The notes: generated by a model from the sequence alone, not told the origin. A stretch of DNA of 64,000 nucleotides from Marsupella aquatica (GCA_973895155.1 OZ316897.1:9199832-9263831), one strand, 5' to 3'. Positions 11,230 through 25,615 are shown, counted from the first letter of the stretch. Program-made: numbers and translations.

Positions 11230-14200
11230 ATGACAGAGCTCGATGAAGCGCGAGCATTCTTTGCTTCAGCACCGGCTCTGCGGGATAGAGAAGCTACAGT
11301 TTCCAATGTGAATGCATTCTTGAAGATTCAAGCTGTTGATGGCTCGGGTATGCTATTCAACACTCGAACCCTTGGGAGCAAAGTATGAATGAGTAGCCTC
11401 GACGCATTGCCTATACTTTCAAAGCGACTTCAATCATCCATATATAAATTTAACAACTCTAATTTAGAGTTCAATTTTACATTTAATCTTTTAAACAAAA
11501 TCTGAGAAAGGACCTATCTGGACAACTTATTACAACCAACTAGCAGCACAACCAGACCTATGGAGCATCCGTAACTCAACTATTGACCAGATTCTGGTAT
11601 AGATCCTGTATTTTCGCCATGCCAGGGAATAGAAGACAATGACAACGGTCTATCTACTTGGTGAAAGAGCAATTGTGTTTGTAAAAGACATCTAACCATC
11701 GTTTATTTTGAATGCCATTTACAGAGAATTTCCTCCCTGATTGGGTGCAACCGGAAAGGAGAGTTGTGTGTGTGACCTCTGGAGGGACTACTGTTCCTCT
11801 GGAGCGCAGATGTGTTCGTTTCATCGACAATTTCAGTTCGGGGCATCGTGGAGCTGCTTCGACAGAGTAAGAATTAGCTCTTCTCAGAGCCTGTTTGGTC
11901 CAAAATTCATCCGAAGAACATCAGTGTGCTTAAGTTATGTTGACATTAGTTGGACTTGATCGTGAAAGATCTCACACGGTAAAATTGCTTGGTGCAGATA
12001 TTTTCTTAAAGCTGGATATGCTGTGATATTTGTGACTAGAAGGTGTGTTCTGACGTTTCCTCCTTTTGCAAGATGAAGTGCATAGATTCTATATACGTTT
12101 GTTGAACTTCGAAAATACCATAGGCGGTTTGCGATGCTCTTATTGTTTTCACATGAGCTCTTGGCTATAGGTTTTCAATGGATTGCCAGCAGAGAGTAAT
12201 GACTGTCACAGTACGGGACAAGTTCTAATTGTTTACTTCTCATGCTTTTAGAAGACTCGCATAGGAAGTTAAAATTTTGAAGTGATGTGGTTATGGAACT
12301 TACAGAAATTCAGCACAACCTTTTTGTCGAGATTTGCCTGCGGATCCTTTAATTACCTGTTTTGAGCCAGCTGAAAATGCAGGCATCCGAGGTGTGCACA
12401 CTCTCTCTCTCTCAACTAATTAACTGATTCATTCACGCATCCAATAAAATCTTTGTTAAGTTGGTCTATTGTCACTCAGTACTATTCCGGGTATCAGATT
12501 GTGTTCTTTATGAGTGATTTTAATCTTCACTGTACATGTACGATTTCCCTCGAAGTTCATCCATTCATCAATTATGGTATGTTTATAGATAACAATAAAG
12601 AAATGCGCTCGTCTATGTATGTATCAGGAATATTGTGAACAGTATCCCCCCTCTAGCCATCCTTTGTATTCTTATGACCAGCGAGTTTATTCTTCCCGTG
12701 GCTCTTCACTGTCCCCGTTCTTTCGAGCATAAAAAATTCACCATTTACATGTGCAGTTTAAGCATTTAAGCATTCAATGAACTGCAGGTTGATGTTTGAG
12801 TATAGAACCTTCAGAAGTCTTCTGGTCAGTTTGGCAGAGTCCAAGTCTCAACCCTTGTGTGTTCTCCATCTAAGCAGACTCCAGATCTGGAGATCACGAT
12901 GTGACTAAGAGACTTTTGCAAATTCCGGCTTACAAAAATGCTTGTCTTGCATAGACTTTCTAACCGGATAGCTCAGATCAAATGTATAATTTCCTTGGCA
13001 ACGTGTTCATGTTATGCTTTCTCTTCCCTTTCCTTGGCAGAATGTGAAGTTAGCCCCCTCAGTTTACATCACTCCTTTCTGGCTGGCATCAGAGCTTACA
13101 CGCCTTCCTTACCTCTGAAATGTGCAGCTGCTTCAACTTATTCCGGTGTTGTAAATCGAGCAGTTCAGGAGCACTACCTGGTACTTGATGAATTTTGTTT
13201 AACAGTTGTATCTTATCTTAGTGATTTGAACCTTGTAGTCTTGATGTCATAGAAATTGTCCCTCATCAAAATAATAAGGTTAGAGTGCATATAGCAACGT
13301 GTTGTCATTGTACTGTTCCTTCAAGTACATCTTTGTCCTCTCTCGTCAGTTGTAAGACAGGGCGTTCAAATTTGAAGGAAAATGCTACTCGCTGACTTTT
13401 TGAGTCAAGTGTCTAATGATTGGAAGTGGATTTCATCTAAACAGGCAGTAAAGAGTGGAGACCTTCTCTCTTTGCCCTATACCACATTATTTGAATACCT
13501 CCAGGTAACGTCTCGTTACAATACATTTCACAGGATTCTGATTGACTTTAGGAAGTACTACATTCTACTTTCAGTGAGAGGGACGATAACATTGTAGCTG
13601 TTGCCAACACATAGTGTATGAGAATGCAAGCAGACTAAGTCCATATCGACGCGTCCTGTAGATTCTGGAGATTGTAGCGGAGGCAATGAGGAATTTGGGC
13701 AGACGTGCCATGTTCTACCTAGCAGCTGCAGTCTCCGATTTTTATGTTCCTTGGGAGACCATGGTAAGAATCCCCAATCCTAAATAACGTTCAGTACGCC
13801 ATGCTTTGATTTGGTTCTTGAGTGGTAAGTCTCATGCTTTGAGCTAATGTTCAGTACGAGAACTCCCTTGCAGTAGATCTTATATAAATGTTGTGATTGC
13901 GAAGCCAGTTTTCGTATGCCGTTGACCCAATCGTCTAGAACACACTGGACAAACTGCCATGGAACGCACAAGTAGCATTTAGAAGAGAAAGAGCTTAGAC
14001 CAACCACAGATCAGAGGAACGCTTCACCCCCAATAGAGCCCTTCACTTGGAGAAGCTGTAGTTTTCCTACTGTTATTGTTTTAAATAGTTAATTGTACGT
14101 TCCTGAGATGTAGTGACGAGGTGCTGACATAGAGATCAGTTTAGAGGGAATCATACCTGGCTTCAAAACATAATTAATCCTCTTGCCCTTACGGTCTCCA

Positions 14201-15714
14201 CTGCTGCCACTTCATATCAGTGACTGCTAAAATGGAATGCACATTCTGCTACAGGCTGTTCACCAGCCTTTTACACCAGCTGTGTAAGAAAAGCAATAAC
14301 AATACAGTTTTCGGGGCAAGATGCAATATGAAGCTGTAATTTCAAGCAAAGATGAGGGTAGGTCCCCGGGTAGGAGCCCCAACAACGATCCCCAGGTCCT
14401 GATATACGATTGCGCGAGTCAATACTAAACCCTCATAACTGCCTCGGAAAATTAAGGGCATTGGGCTTTCCTAAAATCGAAATCCAGGCCACCAGTTCAA
14501 ATTCATCTAAGCATTAGTTTAATTGGTAAGTTGTCATTCTGGGTCTCAATGTTTAAGTATTCTGTTGATTGATTTCCACAGGAGGAGCACAAAATTCAAT
14601 CGGGTTCGGGCCCGTTGGCTATGCAGTTAGCTCAAGTACCTAAAATGCTTCCTATTCTCAGAAAACATTGGGTTCCAGATGCATTTTGTGTCTCTTTTAA
14701 GGTACCTCTCGTGTCCTTTTATCTGTCTCATCCTTGCGTACAAATGCCAAGAAGCTGATCATGGGACTTGCAAGTCTTCTGTGTTGTGGCCTTCTAACAA
14801 TAAGAATTGACGACTGGTTGGACTCGTCCTTGGTAGCCATAGTAAGTATGGCTTTGTTTAGAACTCTCAGCACTATTGACTAAAGTTTAAAACAATGTCA
14901 TGAAAAAAATACTCTCGTTTATCTACAGAAGGCCCTCTTTATAAGCCAGCAGTTGTTTGACCTGTGCGAATGGCTTTTCAGCGAGTACAGTCTTGAACAC
15001 AGAAGAGGCAATAGAATTGAGGGAGAACGAAAGTTTAAAAATTATAGCAGAGCTTCAGTACAACACAACAGCTGGTGTTTATTAAAGCCGCGGATTGTGG
15101 CCTTGGCTTCCTAGATATGTTTTGAGCCCACCGCAAAGGTCTCCGCTGTCTAAGCTGCACACCTCAAGAACCTTCTAGTAGTGGCATAACTTTGCCAGAT
15201 TTGCAAAGTCTACATGGTACTCTCTGGAAACTTTGCAATGTTTGAAGAAAGCGAAGTAGTAGGGTGTGAAAATGCTATGGCGCAATTGTTGCCACGAGCT
15301 TTCTCTCTTCTCACAAAGAACTCATTTCGGGGTCCCGCTCATAAACCAACAGAATTCGCTGTTTGTTCGTTTTACGTTCGAGTGTTGAGATGCAATGCTT
15401 GAATTGTACGTGCTCAAATAACATGGTCTGGGTTTCTGATCTGGACTTCGCAGCTGGAGACGGACACCAGCATTTTGTTGAAAAAGGCGAGATTGGCTCT
15501 GGAGAAGAACAACATGAATGCAGTAATAGCAAATGAGCTTGTGACTCGGAAGCAGAAGGTGACCATTGTAACCAAGGATGGAGAAACTGTTGTGGAGAGG
15601 AACGAAGCAAATCCAGATGTGGAGTCCCCAATCGTGGCCTTTTTGGTCAAAGAGCAAACAAGTCACATGAAAATGGGTGACCAAAAACTTTCATCCGTGC
15701 CAGGACATGGTTGA
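11230..15714 (+). CDS. PPCS: Phosphopantothenate--cysteine ligase (CoA biosynthesis, CoaB), 9 exons, 328 aa
   Basis: Exons 11230-11347, 11725-11866, 11998-12042, 12306-12391, 13128-13180, 13445-13504, 13662-13763, 14582-14701, 15454-15714; GT-AG, 987 nt. Motifs [63 protein letters not shown]. Confidence 0.95.
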
Positions 15715-18483
15715 ACAACTTCTCATCTAATTCTCTTGTAGCTCTCGAGAACACAAAATAAGGATATCCTGTTGACTGAGCGCTCAAATAATCACCTAAG
15801 CTGAACATAATCTAGCAGAAGCCTTCTTCTCGGCCGATCTCACATGCAGCCCAAGTTTAGTCACTCGCCTCCTAATGTCCAATCTTGGGCTATTTGAACT
15901 TCCATCCCCCAAGCGCGCTGCAGCATTGAAAGTCATAAAAATTTGATCGGTGGTCCTCAGAGTACTCATTGTGAAGTGTCTGTCAGGCCGGTTTATGAGA
16001 GCATTTGATTACTGTTCTCATTCTCTTCGTTCCTTCAAAAGTTAATAAAGAGATTCTTGGGAGTGCTCATGAAAAGCTTTCAGTTGAACTTTAACACGGA
16101 AACTCGAACTTCAATAGGAAACTTCGGAGGTCTCAGTTTTTCCAAATTAAAGGCTGGACAAAGAAGTTTATCGGTGCTGGTCATTATGAGGGAGGACATA
16201 AGAGGGATTGATTACAATGTTCTAGACAATTAATTGTGTGAACTTGAAGTGGTGAATTTCACCCAGTGAATGTTCGTTTAGTGTTTTCCTTCATTTTTCG
16301 TAACCTACGAGAAATATTTTCTTCTGTTTTTGTGAAATTCCAATGCCTTTTTCCCCAGGAATGCATAGATGCGGTGTTGTTCACAAATGCATACAAATTG
16401 CAGGCAATCCAAATACAATGAAGGCATGTTTTTTCTGAAAGACGATGGACGAGGGATTCCTGGAATTTGAGAGTGGGACTGAGAAAACGGGCTCCTTGTT
16501 GCTATATCGGTGCTCTTTTCAGCTCAAGGGCTCTCGTGACGGTCATGTGAGACAGGGTGTATGATTGCTGTATATATTGAAAGCAGCATTCACAGTAGTG
16601 AGTGAAAAACTGCACCAAACGTACACAATATTGAAAATTCTAAGGAAACTGCGCGAAGGCTGCTCGACCGAACGTCAACTACTGTACACCTTGCATTAGT
16701 AGACCGCAACAAAAACAACGATGTCACTTGCGAGGTCCACAGAAGATCTCTGAGGGTGTCAAATATAAGCCTTTCTCAAATTCAATTGACGAATCGATGA
16801 TGCACTTTCCCATACTGCTGCAAATATCTGCAAATTCTGTGAACATTAATTTGGCGGAGGTGGTTGAATTCATGAGTGACCATTGGATCATGGGATCTTC
16901 GAATTGGTAGACATTTTTGGCCAACCAGAGGATCCAGAGCTGGTTACATTTTCAGTTGAACTCAACTCCACCATTGGTTCGTTCTCACGGCCGTACGTAA
17001 CTTCAGCTCTCAGATGACATTCCTAACGCATGAGTTTCAAACTCGACGTTTAGTCTACATCATTTTCCAGCCCATGTCTTCGCTCTTGGTTAGTTAGTGA
17101 GTGAATACAGATCGAAATCAATTTGGCCACCTCTAGCAAGCCGTCTTGCATGACGAGTATATTGCCCGCAATCGACACCTGCGCTAAGTAACCTTGCCAC
17201 CAAGTCTGACCCCGCGCTCCCAAGTTTGAAACAAATACGGTCAACACATTTGTACTGAAGCTGCATTCGCAGTGGGCAGACTGAGATGCACGTCAATCTG
17301 GAAGGACTGCCAAACAAGGAGTGTTTGTACGTCGGAATTCTGACTGCCATAGACTTGACTCTTACAGGTCAATGCAAATTCCGTAGTCGACCGAAATCAA
17401 CGATTCCATTCTAGGTAACCAGCAGGTCGGATTAAAAACTGACAATCCAGCAACTTTCCTTGGGAACCGAATGGAGACAATTGTCCCATCACTAACGGTA
17501 CAGTCATGTAGTCTTGATTCTTAGAGGTCAATTGTACGCAAAATCCCAATGATTGATCAAACAATGACAAACCAGCAACAGTCCATGTGCGCCGAATTCG
17601 GTCAATTGTCACATCACTAGCGCTAGGCAGCTTGAATTCTATCCACCATGAGACAAATCTCCGGTCAGCTGCGCTATGTGTACGTCCTTGCATTGTGCCA
17701 TCCCATTTCTCCGTAAGTTCACCGCAGCGACAGATCGAAGACAGTTCATAGAGCCATCATTCGATTCGTTTATACAAAGCAGTACCGCAGTACCGCACAC
17801 AACAACCATGCATTGGCCTGCGTTTCATCGATGCACGGCAACATGCAGCCAGCGAATTAAGTTTGCGTGTCAAGCGGTTGTCAAGGGCGCCTTCGAGCAA
17901 TCTAGCCATAAAACCCAGGCTGTGATATCGAATCGAATTCATGCGAGACCGTGCAGCCCAAACAGTCAGACAGAACTATTTCTTTCTCGATCAGGAGGTC
18001 TGACCATGCGTCATTCCTATCGTATCGAGGTAAGAAGTACGGTTTCTGTTAGATTACACCAGCGTTGGCCTCGATGCATGTAGCCGTCGAAAATTGGCAG
18101 CCGCAGGTCAAGGTTAAGACAGGATCGATTCCATCGAATTTAGCAAGACTTCATGTGTGCGGGACTGCAGGTGGGCCGACCAGCCGGCCGCAGACGGACG
18201 AGGGCACGAGGCATAATGATGGTTTTTCCCACGCCATTGAATTGACTCAGACATGCATCGTACCAAGAGCCTCATTCGACGCATGGCAACAATGCAGTCT
18301 CATTGCATGGCCGTGCTGGGGCCAGGACTATGAATTCCACTCTGCAAGACACGACTGATTGACGAGACTGATTGATGAGCAGTGAGGAGTGGAGTGATGA
18401 GGTCCCAGACTGTGCCCGAGCGACGAGAGTATCAGAGGACAGACATTACTACTTTCCATTACATCTCACACTGCCAACGAAAC

Positions 18484-18730
18484 AAAAAGCTCCAAATCGA
18501 GGGACCATATCTCAAAGGCAGGAGACCCAATAAAGTGGAGAAGCAATATCATACTCGCAAAGAACAAAAAGCTCGCAAAAAGCTCAATATTCAAGGACAA
18601 GATCTCCAGCTCGCAAAAAGCTCAAAATTGAAGGACAAGATCTCGATCGAGCTCGCAAAAAGTCCGAATTGAAGGACAAGATCTCGAAGCAGGAGACCCA
18701 ATAAAGGGGAGAAGACCCAATATAGGGGAG
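18484..18730 (+). repeat. Imperfect ~40-bp tandem repeat cluster
   Basis: gctcgcaaaaagctcaaaattgaaggacaagatctc-like unit occurs about 3-4 times; gcaggagacccaataaag is duplicated. Confidence 0.7.
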
Positions 18731-21700
18731 AAACAAGGGAACGATCTGACAGATGATTGTTGTGTGCTTTTGTAGTACCGTGGTGATGAAAAAACGTGGT
18801 ACGGTTTCTTTTTGTTGCATTTCTGAGGATCTGATCCGCATGCAGTCTGTTGTTTTGCTGACTCGCCGACCAAAATCTCTCCCACATTTGGTGACATGCA
18901 TTCGCTGTTGGACTTGATGCTTGCTGCATGGCAACAGCTCCACCAAGGCCAAGCATTGCCATGCAGCCATCCAACTTTTGGGGTATCTATCTATCTGATA
19001 AAGGGCTGATAACGCGCTGATAAAAGGGCAACCAAAAGCTAAGAGATGGGGCTATCAAAAAATAGGATAAGGGCTTGGTGTCTGGAGGTTTATAGAGTCC
19101 AACTTTTGGGGTATCTATTTATCAATCAAAAGCTAAGACAAAGGGTAATGACGAGCTCGGATACCAGTTTATGGTCTAGTAGAGGCTTTTTGGAGTCAAG
19201 TCTCTACATTGTGGGGGGCATAGCTTCCATTGAGGGTGGAACTGGAAAAGGCATAATGGTCTTGACCATACGGTTATGAGCAAAGCTCAAGAGTTCAGGT
19301 TAGTCTGTAATATTTGCATTGTATTCATCATATAGTTGTGAGCAAAGCTCAAGAGTTTGGGTTGGTCTGTTTGTTAGTCTGTAATATTTGCAAATCGACT
19401 AAAATTGATGGGTCACACTTTGTTTTAGCATACCTTAGTGGTTGCTAGGTTCAATTTTGGTCTCCATTTTGGTGCCCACACAAAAATGTGATGTTTGAAA
19501 AATAGCAGGTTGGAATAATATGCAACGGAAGTTTCTGGAAATGGGAAGTACATTAAATTCCAGACACTACAACCTGAAGAAACTTGTATGAGGCAAGTTG
19601 CCCCGGAAAATGGTGCTTTTGTTAAAATTGGCGGCAAACTCATGTTTTGGCTGGGTATAAGCAGAATACCAGGAAAAGAGACTGAGAATTTGTTTTCAGA
19701 AATTTCTTATGGTCATAGGCAAAAAGTATGGAAATGAAAATTGAGAATTGCAAACCAAGTTACCTGCTCACCAATATTTTGAATCTTTTGTAATGAACAA
19801 CTATCTCTAATATTGCAATTAAACCAGGGGTTTTCCCTGCCTAAAAGCCAGTTTGGAGGTTTCTCAACGACGGTTTCCATCTCTAAGACCCAATTCCCAT
19901 TGCAATCCATGTATTGGGGAATTTCTTGTATTAGTGATCTTTCAATTTCATGTAGTATAAAGTACATTTAAGTGGACAGAACACTTGGAAATGAACAATT
20001 GTGATAAATCTAAAAGCAAAATCTGGAAATAGCTGGTCAATTTTGTACTCTGGTTCTTGTAAAGCCCCCTCTAGTTTAGTCAACTCCTTTGTACTCCTTT
20101 CAAAGGGTGTTGGAGAATGCACCATTAACGAAAAGGGTGACTCCATAGCTTTCACATCATAGCGCCTTTCTATGCAAGATGCTGTACTACTACTGTACAC
20201 ACAAAATTGTACAGGTCACTAGAGCAGGCTTAATCTCACAAAGCGAGAATTTATAGAGCAAAATGATTCTTTGCGAGTGGAACCAAGCATTTTGCACAGA
20301 GTGTACTCGGGATCAAGTCTCATGACAATTCGTGAAAATTCACATATTAAGTACATGTTCATAATTTGATTTGATTCTTTGGGGGAATGCATAAGAGGAG
20401 TAATTGAAAAGCACTTCCATTCATAGTCGTTTTGAGATTTTGAGCTAGTTCTCAATACTTGATATAATCATAATAATGATATTTTAATTTGTTGTTCTAT
20501 TATATTATATTATAAATATCATTATTAGTATTGTATCTTCCCAAACCATTGATCTATGAAAGACAAATTTCTACTCTAAATTTGATGAAATATCCTCCCA
20601 AACCATTGTTCTTATGAAGTTGATGCTCAGATAGATCTAAAGGTCGAAAAAAACAGTCCATCTAGGTAGCAGTGGTCCATATGAGTTTTCCTTTAATTGT
20701 AATGGTCCATCCTGGCTTGTTTCTCCAACCTTTGCAATATGAAAATAGTTTTATCGTGAAATAAAGTGTCTAGTTTAAAACTCACAAGTCCCAATTAAAA
20801 TATACATTTTTCATAGATTCCATGCAAATTTCGTCGATTCCATGCAAATTGGATTTCGTAAATTTCAGTCCTGCGCAGATTCCATGCAATTTGAATTCAA
20901 CAACCCTATCCAAACAAGGGATATTCGTAATCCAGACAGTCTTTCTCCCTAAAATTTACTCTAGTGAAACTGACTGTCGAAAAGACAAACTTGAGTACTT
21001 GACGTGAGTCATCATTTATTGGTGTAGTTCAGCTACTATATGTAATAGGGTCCAAAAATAGACCCAAAGATACTTTTGTCAAAAATATATACGGACTACA
21101 ATATTGGATTGCAATATTGTACTTCAGCACTAGACTTTTATACACTTCCCTTGTTCTAAAGAGACCAAAACAAAATCAAATGTATTGTATGATGTATATG
21201 GTATTTGTATTGCAAGATCATGATGGCTCACGCAGGCAGATGAAAGAAATGAGGGGAATATTGATGAGGGGGGCATTTAATGATTTGTGTTTACTTCATT
21301 TTTTGTTCTTTTTCATTTTGTTTAATACTTGCTCCTTATAGTTCAGTCTAATGTGACAAACCCCCTTTGGTCAACGGCATGGTAAAAACAGCTATCATCC
21401 TACAAATGCGAAATCTGTGAAAATTAATTTCGCAATCTCGGTGACCATGAGTCATCCATCACTGTTGCCGACGAGGACCTGTACTGAGGACTATCAGATT
21501 AAACGCAAAAAAATATATCATTTATTCCAGATTTCAGTCATGCAAAATTCAAGCAGTGTTTTGTGACAGAGTGAAAGAAATTTATAATGGATATTTTGTA
21601 AATATTCAAACATTTTGATTTATAACAATAAGTGCTGTAGAATATTTTTAAATAAAATAATGAAATATATTGTAGATAGATTACCTATGGCACTCTGTTC

Positions 21701-21872
21701 TAATTTGAACTGTAAAGATATGAAGGTTTGTGCAGGCATGTGTGAACCTGATTGTCCCCAAGTGTACCTGGTCATTTCTTGGCCTTCCTGCTCTCCTTCC
21801 CGGTCACTGTCCTGCCCTGCTTCCCAGTTTGGTCTGGCTCTCCTTTCCGTCAATGGGATCACAATTGTCGCA

Positions 21873-21955
21873 GGCCAACCCTTCACAAAAATGGCAACAT
21901 CTCAGACCAAGATGGCCAACCCTTCACAAAAATGGCAACATCTCAGACCAAGATG
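21873..21955 (+). repeat. Perfect 41-bp tandem duplication
   Basis: ggccaacccttcacaaaaatggcaacatctcagaccaagat occurs twice. Confidence 0.9.
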
Positions 21956-22544
21956 AAGGTTTTGCCGATCATGAGGAAAGGCCAAGACTGAGACAGGAAG
22001 AAGGGTCGGACCGCTCGGAAACCATTGCAACTGCAGGGAGAGAGGCTGCAACCAGGGAAACACATGGGTTGCAGGGAAGTGGAGCCCTACCAAATCCCAT
22101 TTGAGAAGAAGGGGCCTCATAAGGGGCTAGTTTCATTACAAGGCCCTCAAGTCTCGAGTTCCATTAGGGACTCTCAAGCCTTCAAAGTTTGTGGACAATG
22201 ACTTTTGGCCATAAACAAATGGTCATGAATTGTTTGTAGGGTTATGTAAAAGTTTTTTTTGTTTTTTCTCACTAGCCTCTATAATGACTTGTGGTCATAG
22301 TATAATTATGACCAATTTTTATAGCAAAAAAAGGTATGGACTAATGAATTTGACACTCCCTAATTTTTCTGTCCAACCTTAACTAGTAAGTTGATCGAAA
22401 TTTTGAGATTTGAGAACCCTATTAAGTCAAAAAGTTTCATAGGTACAAATAGAGCTGATTGTCTGCCTTACTGTTGACGGCCACTGTCAATTGCCGCACC
22501 ATCATACACACCATCATAAATACATACGCAAGCAAGCATTGTAC

Positions 22545-23010
22545 CCCAGTTTGACCTTGCCCGTCAAACTGGCCGAAAAACTCTGGCAAAACGACAACCC
22601 GGCACCCGGATTCGGGAACAGTCCGGGCCGGCACAAGTTCGGGAGAGGTTCGGGCCGGGTTCAGGCCGAGTTCGGGAGAGGTCCGGGCCTGGGTCCCGGG
22701 GGGGGGGGAGCCAGTCCGGGGGGGAGCCAGTCCGGGGGGGCGGTCCAGGGGGGGTTCGGGGGAGCCGATCTGGGTGGGGGAGGGAGGAGCCGGGTTCGGG
22801 GGAGCCAGTTCGGGAGAGGTCTGGGAAGTGCCTGGGGAGTCCGGGAATTGTCCGGGGGGGTCCCAGGGGAGTGCGGGAAGGGTCTTGGGGGGTCCGGGGG
22901 AGTTTGGGAGAATCTTGGCGAATATGCGTCAAACTTCCGGTTTTGGGGCCGTCATTTGACGGTTTTACGTGCCTGGCAAGATGTCAAGTTGCCTGTCAGG
23001 TTAAACCGGG
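22545..23010. mobile_element. Non-autonomous TIR element (MITE-like, 466 bp) with 8-bp TSD and G-rich core
   Basis: TSD cattgtac at 22537-22544 and 23011-23018. TIR cccagtttgacct versus reverse complement cccggtttaacct. Interior has dozens of G3-G10 runs on the + strand. Confidence 0.8.
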
Positions 23011-24663
23011 CATTGTACATATCAGGCGACGGTGATAATGACAAATTGTTGATGAAAATAGTACAATGAACTCTTGCTAAGTGGACTCTCTGGGGAAGAC
23101 AGATCTGGTGTGCACTAAACCAGGTGTTGCATGCCTTGATAAGCACACAACTCCAAGTGCTCTAGTAGATAAGTGTGTTTCATTTAGATTCCTTTGTTAC
23201 AGTGCGCAACAGTGCTTGCATGTGCTATGGACCTCTCCGTCAGTGAGTAGTGAGCCTCCTACCTCGTACCCCTGCCCTAATTTTGTGCCCACACTCCTTA
23301 AGTGCATTCCATACTCTACTAAGAATGGTCATGCATTTATCTGTAAACAATATTTCAGGAGTTTATGAGCTTCCATATAAGCGCATACAATCACTTGTAA
23401 AGGGTAAGGGCTTATAAAGTTGTAGTTTAGTGAAATGATTGTAACCATGTGTGGGCTTAGAAAAATAGTTTAAAACACTGTTATCCCATGTAAGAAAAAT
23501 GGGAAGAACAAGATAACATGCATTAATGGATGGATTACGCGCTTAGCAAGGAACAAGAGTTCACTGTAGTGACAAGAACAATAATGCTGCTGATCATTCT
23601 GCTCGGCTGCGTCCATTGCACGGCCGACATGCAGCGAGCTGCACGGGAAGACGCGAGTCCAGTCCAGACACCTTCGAGTCGAAATGTCGAATCGAGTCTC
23701 GTCGGGTCGAAATTGGGGGCAGGTGGGGTTCGCATGAGCCCAGCAGCCAGCCAGCAATCGCAATCTGGATCAGGGAGCAACAAAGTAATCAAACAAATTA
23801 ATGATGCCAAAAAGCGGAGCGAGCATGAACGTGTGCAAGAATCGCGCAGTCCCACACTTGTGTTGTGCAAAACAGAACACGTACATGCAGGCGTACAGCG
23901 ATGGCGAAGTCGTACTGGGGGAGCGATGATGAGCGCCGACGAGCCACAAGTTATCTGTCCAGCCCGGTGCCTGCATGACCGAAAGGATGAGGTACTGCTG
24001 ACTAGCTGAGGGCCTTCGATGGCCTTCGATGAAGCGTGGCAAGTCGAGGAAGCGCGAATCCTGACGAACAGACGAACAGTGCTCTGATTCTCTGAAGCAC
24101 TTTGGCGAAGCTGGCAAGCCGTGCAAGCATGACTTGGAAAGTCCTTTCTCGAAGATGGCAAGCCACGGAAACTCAGCATGTAAAGCGCTTGTCGAAGATG
24201 GCAAGCCAATCACGGTGTCGATTGGGGCTCGAAGGAATCGAATCGGAAGTGCACCCAGAATTGGCAACAAGGCAAGCGATGGATTGGTGGCACGGAGACT
24301 GCACAATGGGAGATGAGCCAGTGGGAAATGAGCCAAATAGTAGTAAGTTTTGGTTCTAGTTTTCTCTTTAGTGGCGAGAATTCGGTAGGCCACAAGCCTT
24401 GGAAAAATCACTCTCACTTTGTCGGCTACCGGTTTACTTTCCCACCAACTGTAGTCAAAGAGACCGACACCTTTAGCCAGAATCTAATAATAGGGGGTCT
24501 CAAAGCTAGTTAAGGCCTTTAACTCTCTATTATATGCTATGGACACGAAAACTTACCAAACTCTGAAATTCATAGATTGGTCATATGGAATTCACCAGGA
24601 GTCACTCTAGAGGTGAGGTAACAGAAAAAACAAAAAAAAACTTTTATACAATCTTGTGAAAAC

Positions 24664-24917
24664 TTTATGACCATTCCTTTATAGCCGTAAAGACTTTTGT
24701 GATTTTTTTCTTTGTATTTCTGAGTGCATTCATTTTCCATAATGCCCTCTAACCAGGACATTACCTTATTCAAATCCTATAATGAGTCATTTTATGACCA
24801 TTCCTTTAGAGCTGTAAAGACTTTTGTGATTTTCTCTGTGTTTTTGAGTGCATTAATTTTCCATAATGCCCTCTAACCAGGACATTATCCTATTCAAATC
24901 CTATAATCAGTCATTTT
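24664..24917 (+). repeat. 127-bp tandem repeat x2; a further, interrupted copy lies at 34501-34560 plus 34915-34946
   Basis: tttatgaccattccttta...gtaaagacttttgtgatttt...ccataatgccctctaaccaggacatta.c.tattcaaatcctataat.agtcat at 24664 and 24791. Confidence 0.85.
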
Positions 24918-25615
24918 GAAACACCCTAATAGTAATACTTAAACCTGACCAAGAGAAAATAATCTAGTAAAATTAGATGATGATAATCCTAGCCGGGATC
25001 CTAGCCTCTTACTTTCACAGTGTGTGATATTAGTCTTACTGGTAAAACAAAAACAGAAACCCTAAAAAGTTGAATTAAGCTAGTGTTACCCACAGCTTCA
25101 GAGTAGCCTGATGCCCCCAAAACATGAACTGTTGAAATCTGGAGCTTGCCTGAGGCACATGCAGATATAGGGTGGAGCTACAGTGGCAGCCAGCACCAAA
25201 CTATAAAGTATGAGGGCGTCTCAAACCTCACCGTCAGCTAAACTTCCAGGGCAGATGCCGGTGGAATTCTAGAATAAAAACTGTGATGCCCATCACACTC
25301 TCGGGCAGGGGCTTCCCAATGTTGCTTGACTAGGGTCATGGGACCTCCTTACGCATAAACATCCCAAGTCAGCAGGTCTGGTCAGGTTCCTGGGTGGAAA
25401 AGTGCTGACCCTGGTTAGTGGTGACCGACCATTTTGGACCACCTGTTCAGAGCTCTTCTTTAGCGGACCGTCATAAAGTACTTGGGCAGCCTTCGTTTGA
25501 GACGCCTTGTTAAAATGAGACCAGACATGTTTGACAATATTGTTATTCACTAGCCCAATGCCAGGTATCACTACCATGCTAGCAACCAGGGAGATTGTCT
25601 CTTGTAGTGAGGAAA

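Noticed and set aside
14350-14520. Possible degenerate SINE in PPCS intron 7
   Set aside because: Only a weak B-box-like match on the minus strand; no tail or TSD.
20816-20920. Tourist/Harbinger-like TIR (atccaaacaaggg) with gattccatgcaa x3
   Set aside because: No partner TIR or TSD found.
22491-23069. 192-aa Gly-rich ORF (and the Pro-rich antisense ORF)
   Set aside because: Non-ATG start; produced by the poly-G core of the TIR element and crosses its TSD.
23530-24417. Overlapping 159-224-aa ORFs on both strands
   Set aside because: No recognisable domain; a GC-rich stretch open in several frames. A lineage-specific gene cannot be excluded but is unsupported.
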